Part shown: positions 57,227 through 64,000 of the stretch, piece by piece
Position numbering within the stretch: position 1 is the first letter of the stretch
Layout: each line of letters starts with the position of its first letter
IMG/VR virus record: IMGVR_UViG_3300046490_000065
Span: 30,629 to 94,628 of that record
Source of the DNA: a virus
Lineage: Duplodnaviria > Caudoviricetes
Direction: 5' to 3' (one strand)
Length of the DNA: 64,000 nucleotides
Translations under genes and position numbers: made by a program
The notes under the pieces: model-generated
Database searches by the model: none
Seen by the model: the letters and a program-made list of their open reading frames with translations, nothing else
What the model was told of the DNA's origin: nothing

Positions 57227-57379
57227 ATGAGACCTTTTGAAGATCGTAAGAAACATGATGAGGAACCGCAACCTCCGCATCCCCACCATCCACACAAGCA
57301 CGAACCGCATCCGGACGCTCCACCAGAACCGCCGGCCGTGGAATCGGATCCCCCGCCTCCACCGGATACTGGTGGGTAG
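57227..57379 (+). CDS. 50-aa His/Pro-rich peptide, not in the ORF track
   Basis: TAGAAT 6 nt before ATG; EPQPPHPHHPHKHEPHPDAPPEPP. Confidence 0.45.
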   Translation: MRPFEDRKKHDEEPQPPHPHHPHKHEPHPDAPPEPPAVESDPPPPPDTGG

Positions 57380-57414
57380 GTTTTAGTACTATTGGTACAT
57401 GGAGACCATAGGAC

Positions 57415-57774
57415 ATGCTCAGTATCAACGGCAACGAGCCGACGCCTAGTGGAAACTGGGCATGGATAAGCGCGGTAATCGCTGGTGTCTTTTCAATTCT
57501 TACGGCGGTTGTGCATCGCTTGACGAGACGGCCGCCGCACATCCCCACCCAAAATGCCGCCGAGATCTTCGAGCGACTATCCTACATCGAATCCAAGCAG
57601 GCCAACACAGACGATGGGCACAACCGAACCTGGGTATCTATCGAAGACATCCGCCGGGACATCAGCGAGATCCGGCGGGAAATGGTTTCTCGCGAGGAGT
57701 TGGAGCGTTCCTTGTTCGACCTGAAGAGAGATCTGAAGAAAGAACTTTCCCGGATTCTGGACAGCACAACGTAA
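57415..57774 (+). CDS. TM + coiled-coil protein
   Basis: GGAG upstream; one N-terminal TM helix. Confidence 0.55.
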   Translation: MLSINGNEPTPSGNWAWISAVIAGVFSILTAVVHRLTRRPPHIPTQNAAEIFERLSYIESKQANTDDGHNRTWVSIEDIRRDISEIRREMVSREELERSLFDLKRDLKKELSRILDSTT

Positions 57775-58405
57775 TCCACGCCACGCAGCACATGATCATA
57801 ATTGCCATGAACGCCTTCTGACAGGTGGGGCCGTCGTACCCTATCCTGGCCAATGGGGCTATCAGCGAGTGGGACAAAATCAGTATAGAGAACACCCACG
57901 AGTGGCGGACTAAGCTTCGTGGTTCAGGCTTACGGTCCCTTGACGGAGTGGCAAAGAACGTCACCACCACCCCACACACGATGGCCACCCCCAGCCACAC
58001 AAACTCCCTCGCGTAGACAAACCATCCAAACCACGTGTCGTACTCGCCCATGCTCCACGAGAACCCGACCAATCCCACCGCTACCACAGGAGCCCATATT
58101 CGCAAACAGAACCGCTCGAAGCTGTGCCCGAAGCTGGTGCGCTTGACCAGGATCTCCACCGCTGCGGAGACCGCGCCGGCCACCACCAGTAGCTCCATGG
58201 GAGCCCAGATGGTATGCCACCACCACACATCCGACGCCGGGTGAGGGAAACCGAAGGACGCTATGACCGACTGTAGGCATGATGCCGTGAGGAACGCCAT
58301 GAACGCCGGGGCTCCCCTCCACCAGCGCTTTTTCCACAAAATCCCCAGGGCGGCCATTTGTGATCCGACGAACATCAGGTGCAACAAACGCTCCAGCAGG
58401 TTCAT
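57662..58405 (-). CDS. Polytopic membrane protein
   Basis: About 7 hydrophobic segments. Confidence 0.6.
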   Translation of the reverse strand: MNLLERLLHLMFVGSQMAALGILWKKRWWRGAPAFMAFLTASCLQSVIASFGFPHPASDVWWWHTIWAPMELLVVAGAVSAAVEILVKRTSFGHSFERFCLRIWAPVVAVGLVGFSWSMGEYDTWFGWFVYAREFVWLGVAIVCGVVVTFFATPSRDRKPEPRSLVRHSWVFSILILSHSLIAPLARIGYDGPTCQKAFMAIMIMCCVAWITLCCPESGKVLSSDLSSGRTRNAPTPREKPFPAGSR

Positions 58406-58410
58406 AGTAT

Positions 58411-59439
58411 TTACTTTACCCTGAGTTGCGCCTCTCTGGGGACGAGCGCACTGTTGCTCTGCCGGGATGATGCCAAGACCCGCTGTAAGATTTCGTCGCG
58501 GCTGCGATCAGCATGCTCGGTATGAGTTGTGGCGAAGGCCCTCTGCCCAGGCTGTAGGTCGATGGCTGCCGCCTCACCAACCCCCAGTTTAGGGTCGATT
58601 TTACCGCCAGCGGCGGCGCCGGCCGCGATCCTTGCCCGGATCATGTTCATGTCGGGCTCTGCCCCCACTGCTACCGGGTCCTGCATCCCACCACTGCGGT
58701 CGCGGTAGATCCCCACCAACTGGGCCACGATGCTCTTGAGACCCGCCTCCACGTCGATGACCTCATCGTATAGGCTGAACGGGTGCTGGGCCACCAACGT
58801 GATCTCTCCGCCCTCGCCAACACGAGGGTCCTTGTACGTCAGAGATACACCGCCCAACCCCTGCTTGTTGATCACGTTCCGTTTGGCCGTGATCCGGAAC
58901 GGGCTACCGTCCGCCCGCTCGATATCAAACGGGATCTCTTCGGGAGTGGTCTCCAGGATCTTGTCGATTAGCTCGGCTTCGTCCCAGTATTGCTTCTGCG
59001 GAGCATTGGACCCTGGACGTTTTATGGCCCTCTTCATCGACGCCTTTATTGTCCCCGGTCGAACCGAGACATCGGCGGGTTTCGTCTGGTTGAACTCCGG
59101 ATCTGTTGGCATCACGATGAGGCTCTTGGCCGCTTGGCCCACGGGAGTCATCGCCTTGCTCGGTGGTGGCGGGGTCAGGAAGTGCGGACGCCCGTCCTCC
59201 ACCTCGGCGGCCGGCGCATTGGACCGGTGATCCCACACCGGCTCGGGAGATTGTGTCCGAAGCGCTTCCGGCACGGACGCGATGCCCGATTCCTCGAAGT
59301 GCATATCGTGAACAAGTTCGACCGCATCCACGATGCGCTCGGTTAGGTCGATCGGGTCAATGGCCACGCCGCGCGCCACGGTGTTCGAGATTGCCTTGTG
59401 GATGTACTTGGCCATCCGGTCTTTCAAGTCCTGCGTCAT
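58411..59439 (-). CDS. Hypothetical protein
   Basis: 342 aa, overlapping operon. Confidence 0.7.
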   Translation of the reverse strand: MTQDLKDRMAKYIHKAISNTVARGVAIDPIDLTERIVDAVELVHDMHFEESGIASVPEALRTQSPEPVWDHRSNAPAAEVEDGRPHFLTPPPPSKAMTPVGQAAKSLIVMPTDPEFNQTKPADVSVRPGTIKASMKRAIKRPGSNAPQKQYWDEAELIDKILETTPEEIPFDIERADGSPFRITAKRNVINKQGLGGVSLTYKDPRVGEGGEITLVAQHPFSLYDEVIDVEAGLKSIVAQLVGIYRDRSGGMQDPVAVGAEPDMNMIRARIAAGAAAGGKIDPKLGVGEAAAIDLQPGQRAFATTHTEHADRSRDEILQRVLASSRQSNSALVPREAQLRVK

Positions 59440-60233
59440 ACATCCCCCTTCATTCCCTTGCCGGTGTTCGGTTGGTAGACTTCGGCCCCACGAACCCGCT
59501 CCACGGCCGCCTCGCGCGTGAGTCCGTATCGCCGCTGAAGCGCGAGGATCTTCTCCTCCTGTGCGGAAGTCTCATCATCCATCGTCTGGATCGAACCGCC
59601 ATTGAAAAGGACCTGCTGGAATTCCTTCTGCTGCTTGGCGAACTTGCCGAAGTCCAACACCACGGCGTCAAGCGCCAGGATCTTCTGCGCGTCCTGCTTC
59701 TTGATGAATAACTGGAGGTCGTCCAACTTGGAGATGACGCCTTGGAGATCGGCATGGAGGAGGAGTTCGGAATCAATCGCCTTCACGGCCAGTGCCGTAG
59801 CGATCTCTTCCAGGCGGCCGTCGATGCCCTTCCATTGTTCGAGTGCTTCATCAAACTGCTTCCGGCTTGCCAACTCGTGGCGTATCTCTGCCATCTTATC
59901 CAACATTGGACCAGTGGCCGTGGTAGACTCCATCATCGCAATGGCGAACACATGGAACTCACCCTGCAATGCGGCAGTGCGATCCACTTGATCCGTCAGC
60001 GCGTTACTGATATTCAGCAACATGCCGGACTGCATTCCCATCTCTGGATTCGGCCGGCGCAATCCTTCGTTCACCGATGCCAGCGCCACCAGGATCTCAC
60101 TGAGCCGCTGAACCGTCAGGTCTGCTTTACTGTGATGGTTCGGTAAATGGTGCAGCACCCACCGGAAACCCAGGATGATACCCGCAAAGCTGGCGAGCAT
60201 CCCCAGAATTACAAACACGTCTTTGATATTCAT
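59436..60233 (-). CDS. N-terminal TM + coiled-coil protein
   Basis: AAGGA RBS; helical. Confidence 0.65.
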   Translation of the reverse strand: MNIKDVFVILGMLASFAGIILGFRWVLHHLPNHHSKADLTVQRLSEILVALASVNEGLRRPNPEMGMQSGMLLNISNALTDQVDRTAALQGEFHVFAIAMMESTTATGPMLDKMAEIRHELASRKQFDEALEQWKGIDGRLEEIATALAVKAIDSELLLHADLQGVISKLDDLQLFIKKQDAQKILALDAVVLDFGKFAKQQKEFQQVLFNGGSIQTMDDETSAQEEKILALQRRYGLTREAAVERVRGAEVYQPNTGKGMKGDV

Positions 60234-60332
60234 GAAGTCCTTTTCAAGAAAGATCCGCCGCCTGGACTAGCCAAGCGGCGGGTGCAAAGGAGCACGTAGA
60301 AGCTACCGACGTCTCCAATTATGGCACCCCTG

Positions 60333-60677
60333 TTACTGAATGTCCTTGCCATTGATGTTCCGGAAGCACCCTCGGTCCATCAGAAACTTCACGCCAACAT
60401 CCGTGTACTGGTTAACGCGGGCCTTCGAAATCAGCGGCCCACTGCGCACTACCCGGTCCTTTTCCAACATGCCGTCCTGTTCCAGGGAACGGCTTATCTC
60501 CTGCCACGGCTTACCCTGGAGGAACAAGAGCGCTGCGCGTACGGCCACCTTCAGCCGGTCCTGCCGCCATGCCGGCCATTCAGGCGGAGGCGCCGGGGCC
60601 TTGCCACGGTAGATCTTGGGGTCCACCGCCGTCATCTCGCCTCTGGTGATCGCACTACGCAGCGCTCGTGGAGTCAT
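60333..60677 (-). CDS. Hypothetical protein, possible HTH
   Basis: GKPWQEIS...ISKARVNQY. Confidence 0.5.
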   Translation of the reverse strand: MTPRALRSAITRGEMTAVDPKIYRGKAPAPPPEWPAWRQDRLKVAVRAALLFLQGKPWQEISRSLEQDGMLEKDRVVRSGPLISKARVNQYTDVGVKFLMDRGCFRNINGKDIQ

Positions 60678-61042
60678 TGTTTGTTACCTTCGTGTTCTTC
60701 AGCGGCGGCCAGCCACGCGGGGACTGGAGCGCCGTTGTAGATCATCTCCAGGAACTCCAGCGCCATCGTGGCGGCATTGGACTCCACGTCCTCGATCCGT
60801 TGCCAGTTCGGGGTGGTAGGGTCCGCCGCATCGCTGAACCGCTGCATGGCGTGGATCAGTTTGTTGGGGCCGCCGTGGCGAAGCTCATACATGAGCCCTG
60901 CTGTTTTGATTTGCTCGAAGATGAGCGTACACTTGTCAAACAAGAGGCTCCTCCAGGTTGGCTTGGACGAATGCCGACACCACAGCCTTGAAAAGGTAGC
61001 CCTTGAGCCGTTGCTCCACAGGGAGTTGTTCGTACGGCACAA
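60674..61042 (-). CDS. Hypothetical protein (true start probably near 60939)
   Basis: Operon continuity. Confidence 0.45.
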   Translation of the reverse strand: MCRTNNSLWSNGSRATFSRLWCRHSSKPTWRSLLFDKCTLIFEQIKTAGLMYELRHGGPNKLIHAMQRFSDAADPTTPNWQRIEDVESNAATMALEFLEMIYNGAPVPAWLAAAEEHEGNKQ

Positions 61043-61301
61043 GGCACGGGTGCGTCTTCAGGGCAGCGTTCTTCTCTGCCCCCCACACCCAACCATCCTT
61101 CACCTTGTCGGCGCACCAAGCATCGTGCTGCGTTGAAGCCGGCGCTCCTGGAGTGGAGATCGCAAACACTACCCCTTCAATGGCGGAGTACTTCTGCCAC
61201 TGTTCAGCCTCGTCCCATGGCTTCTGAGTTTGGTCACCGATCGTTTGGCAGAACGCTCGGTTTGTCTCGTGGCACACGCGTGCGATTTGTTCGATTTCCA
61301 T
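60936..61301 (-). CDS. RyR-domain protein
   Basis: QHDAW...GWVWG.EKN...KTHPCLVPYEQLP.EQR.K. Confidence 0.8.
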   Translation of the reverse strand: MEIEQIARVCHETNRAFCQTIGDQTQKPWDEAEQWQKYSAIEGVVFAISTPGAPASTQHDAWCADKVKDGWVWGAEKNAALKTHPCLVPYEQLPVEQRLKGYLFKAVVSAFVQANLEEPLV

Positions 61302-61302
61302 G

Positions 61303-62196
61303 TTACGCCTCCTGGACGGCCAGCTTGCCGTCGCCCTCGTAGCGGAAGGTCACCTTCGACAGGGAGACCTCCTTCACCACAACTTCCGTCTCTACCTGCG
61401 CCCGATTGTTCTTTCCCACGACCTTCAGCGTCACCGTCTGCCCCGGCCGACCCATGAAGTAGTAGGCATATTCAGCCGTGTTGAACAGTTCCACCACCTC
61501 GGCCTCATCCACCTGATCGAGATCGATCCAACTTTGGATCTGCTTGAGGATCGCCGCCTTGGTTGGCTTCACGTCCTTGGGAGTACGCTCCCGTGCTGTT
61601 GCCTCACGCGGCGCCGGACTCTCATCGTCCTGTTTCCCGCTGGCCGGGCTGGCTGCCGTTCCTACGTTCTTCTTGTCCGCCCGCTTCTTGGATTTCTCCG
61701 TCTTCACTTCCGGGGTCTCGCCGCGCCGGGCATCGGCGATCAAGCTCTGGGAGCACCCGACCAGACGGGCAAGGTCCTTGTCCTTCATCTCTCCCAGGTC
61801 GGCATCGAGTACCGCCATCTCGGCCGCGTGCCGCTTCTCGGCGTTCGTCATGGGAGCACCGTGGTGGCCGTTCTCCCCCAGGGCGAACCGGAGAGCCCGA
61901 GACTTTGTGCCCTGTCGGTAGACGGTCGGGATGGTCTCGGCCTTTTCCGCCAAGGCCGCGTCGATCCGGTGGAACCCGTCTGCGATCCAGCGTGGTCCAT
62001 CGTCGGTTTCGTAGAAGACGGTGATGGGATCCATCGTCCCTACCTTGCCGTCCTCTCCGTTGTCCTTCATGATCTTGCGGTAGCGATCGACCTTCGCCGG
62101 ATCGATCCCTCCGCGAACCTGGAGGGAGTGGTCGTACGTCAGGACCAACTCCAACGGTGCGCATTTTTTCTTGTCGGTTGCTATTGTCGGTGTCAC
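61303..62196 (-). CDS. ParB/Srx N-terminal domain + HTH protein
   Basis: PITV...IADGFHRIDAA, ENGHHG...T.AEKR, KDLARLVGCSQSLIADAR; GTG start downstream of the promoter. Confidence 0.8.
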   Translation of the reverse strand: MTPTIATDKKKCAPLELVLTYDHSLQVRGGIDPAKVDRYRKIMKDNGEDGKVGTMDPITVFYETDDGPRWIADGFHRIDAALAEKAETIPTVYRQGTKSRALRFALGENGHHGAPMTNAEKRHAAEMAVLDADLGEMKDKDLARLVGCSQSLIADARRGETPEVKTEKSKKRADKKNVGTAASPASGKQDDESPAPREATARERTPKDVKPTKAAILKQIQSWIDLDQVDEAEVVELFNTAEYAYYFMGRPGQTVTLKVVGKNNRAQVETEVVVKEVSLSKVTFRYEGDGKLAVQEA

Positions 62197-62220
62197 TTCG
62201 GTGTGCTCTCCATGGCATCC

Positions 62221-62249
62221 AGAGTAAACCCCCTCCACTATAAAGTCAA
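62221..62249 (-). promoter_or_regulatory. sigma70-type promoter of the ParB-like operon
   Basis: TTGACT-17-TACTCT, preceded by terminator-like hairpin 62271-62306. Confidence 0.6.
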
Positions 62250-62503
62250 GACCTTTCCTTTTGGGCAAACAAAAACCCCGGCGCGAGTGGTCTCGAAACC
62301 GGGGTCATGGCGCCGAGAAACTGGGGGTTAGCACTTCGGCAAAGGGAGATACGGTTTCAACACCGGGCGATACCCCAACTCCACGAGCCGATCATTCGGA
62401 AGCCACCAATCGCCATCCTCAACCCATCCCATTCCGCGCAGCACGTCGTACGGCGTGAGTGGGTTGCCTGGACCGGCGTTGCTGATTCCCGTCTGTTGGG
62501 AGA

Positions 62504-62800
62504 TCATGCCTTCACCGGAGCAGTAGGAACGGGCGGTGGCGGAGCGGGAGGTGGGTCGGCCTTAGTGATCACAGAAGTTTGCGAGGACTGGCCGGGTTTG
62601 GGATCTCCCGCCTGCTGTGGCATGGACCTACCAAACTTGTAACTGATGACGGAAGTGAAGGCGATGGCGATCACTTCCGTAACGCGATCCGCTGCCTTTG
62701 AGTATGCTGGGACGACGAAGAATGAGAGCGCCGCCAGGAACAGTAGTGCTGCCCCAAGCTCGACGACTAGCCAGCTATCACCGCTCATCTTTTCATTCAT
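62504..62800 (-). CDS. Holin-like two-TM protein
   Basis: Two hydrophobic helices ending ISYKFGRS. Confidence 0.55.
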   Translation of the reverse strand: MNEKMSGDSWLVVELGAALLFLAALSFFVVPAYSKAADRVTEVIAIAFTSVISYKFGRSMPQQAGDPKPGQSSQTSVITKADPPPAPPPPVPTAPVKA

Positions 62801-62808
62801 CTCGGCCT

Positions 62809-63033
62809 CTATACGATAGGGTGCGATGCTTGGTCCGCGTCGATCTTAGAGATCAACGCATCGGCGGCCGTGTCGTTGGTCCCCGTCATGGCAGACAGGA
62901 CAGCGATCAACTCGGCATCGCTCATTTGCGGATACTGCTTTCTGAACTCCATCACCGCCTTGAACAAATTGGCGACCGCTGGAATCCCGGTAGCAGCGAG
63001 TCCGAGGAGCGCATTCAAGCTTTCCTGCGTCAT
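62809..63033 (-). CDS. Small hypothetical protein
   Basis: GGAGG RBS; overlaps the lipoprotein stop. Confidence 0.55.
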   Translation of the reverse strand: MTQESLNALLGLAATGIPAVANLFKAVMEFRKQYPQMSDAELIAVLSAMTGTNDTAADALISKIDADQASHPIV

Positions 63034-63491
63034 AACGTAGGCCCTCCCACCGCACCGCTGATCTGATTCACGATCAGCACCACCGAAGCGATCAGCACCC
63101 GCGCGGCTGGTGAGACATGAGCCTGGACTTCTCCCAGCCCCAAGGAAGCCATAGTTTGCAGGATTTGAACCCGTTGCACCGCCCAGGTGTCACCAGAGCG
63201 TAGCTCCTTGTCCACCTTCTTCATAGCGACCGCACCGGACCGGCAAACGTTCTCAATAGTCCGGACGTCGGCTGCATCCACCTTTCCCGCATCACGAGCC
63301 GCGATTGAGGTGGTAACCGCTCCATCGCACGCGGCGATGAACGCGCCGGCCGCATTGGCTACAGTGATCTGCGGCGGAGTCGGAGGGGGAGGAGTTGATG
63401 TATTCGGAGCTTTGCCGGCGCAGGACACGAGGCAGAGGAACAATAGGGCCACGGCAGCTAAGCTAAGTTTTCTGTTTCGGAAATTCCGCAT
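63030..63491 (-). CDS. Lipoprotein
   Basis: MRNFRNRK-hydrophobic-LVSC lipobox; GGAG RBS. Confidence 0.65.
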   Translation of the reverse strand: MRNFRNRKLSLAAVALLFLCLVSCAGKAPNTSTPPPPTPPQITVANAAGAFIAACDGAVTTSIAARDAGKVDAADVRTIENVCRSGAVAMKKVDKELRSGDTWAVQRVQILQTMASLGLGEVQAHVSPAARVLIASVVLIVNQISGAVGGPTL

Positions 63492-63564
63492 TCGTTTTTC
63501 TCCAATTGGTACTGCTAACGTTAGCACCCTTATGATGGACTTTACTCGGGGTAAAGTCAAGGGG

Positions 63565-63783
63565 TTACTCTTCTGAGTCTTGGGCGGCCAGGGTCGCCTG
63601 GAACTGCCCTGCATCCCACTCGTCATGGCTCCGCCCTGGTGGGTATGGGTTGGAATCGTTACCCTTCAACTCGCTGCCGGGCCATTCGGCCTCCATGTAT
63701 GCCACCCATCCCTGTATGCGCGGGGTGAGTTTCTGGTACTCGGCCAAGGTAACTAGCCCCTTCTTCTCGGAAGGTTGTATCAT
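63565..63783 (-). CDS. Hypothetical protein
   Basis: GGAGG RBS; NPYP...W.AG motif. Confidence 0.6.
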   Translation of the reverse strand: MIQPSEKKGLVTLAEYQKLTPRIQGWVAYMEAEWPGSELKGNDSNPYPPGRSHDEWDAGQFQATLAAQDSEE

Positions 63784-63998
63784 GCTACCTCCGCCAGTCG
63801 ATCGAACTCCGCCATCAACGCTTCCCTGGTGGATTCCGGGAAGTCCTTGTTGAGCATCCAGTGGCCGAACCCCGGCTCGTCGCTCACCTTCTTATCCCGC
63901 TGCGGGCCAAACGCATAGCGGGCGTCTCCATCCTTGTCGCGGTAGAGTTTCCCAGCGACGTCGATGTACGGGTTATCCTGGATCCGCGAGAAGTCGGC
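63780..63998 (-). CDS. C-terminus of a probable DnaQ-like 3'-5' exonuclease (truncated by window edge)
   Basis: DVAGKL...YAFG...DEPGFGHWMLNKDFPEST. Confidence 0.55.
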   Translation of the reverse strand, partial: ADFSRIQDNPYIDVAGKLYRDKDGDARYAFGPQRDKKVSDEPGFGHWMLNKDFPESTREALMAEFDRLAEVA

Positions 63999-64000
63999 GA

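Larger units (their letters stand above)
3371..59911. repeat. Dispersed 14-bp palindrome family GTCCAAYRTTGGAC
   Basis: Exact copies start at 3371, 5971, 8382, 11426, 13718, 14924, 21632, 29790, 32300, 37757, 42822, 44645, 50242, 52500, 57147; single-mismatch copies at 4189 and 59898. Confidence 0.95.

Noticed and set aside
3371-59911. Palindrome family as CRISPR repeats or REP/MITE elements
   Set aside because: Copies are kilobases apart, only 14 bp long, and lack spacers, shared flanks or target duplications
1-64000. Integrase/att site, ParA, reverse transcriptase/DGR, rRNA
   Set aside because: No supporting motifs in this window; they may lie outside it

Overview
A 64-kb segment of a GC-rich, podovirus-type (P22/T7-like ejection and nozzle layout) tailed phage genome. 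The probable host is an acidobacterium, inferred only from the style of the DnaB N-terminus. The + strand carries a replication/nucleotide block (HAD-2H phosphoesterase fusion, initiator with internal iterons, DnaB, ThyX, nucleases, RusA). The - strand carries the morphogenesis path (terminases, portal, scaffold, capsid, adaptor/ring proteins, nozzle, ejection proteins, fibres), interrupted by accessory blocks and several HNH/EndoVII cassettes, plus a lysis-like cluster and a ParB-like protein. Two things stand out. (1) A 14-bp palindrome GTCCAAYRTTGGAC occurs 15 times exactly, plus 2 single-mismatch copies, spread over 56 kb, mostly inside unrelated genes, in a genome encoding a ParB-HTH protein: a candidate parS/NBS-like genome-wide binding system. 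(2) A translation-rescue locus (about 52.0-54.0 kb) holds 8 tRNAs, 2 aberrant tRNA-like RNAs and a minimal GGQ release factor. It is split into two sigma70 units, each opened by an unannotated leader peptide: one built from the amino acids the array serves, the other coupled to a terminator/antiterminator switch. No integrase, ParA, CRISPR array or rRNA was seen. All calls were made by eye, without database searches.
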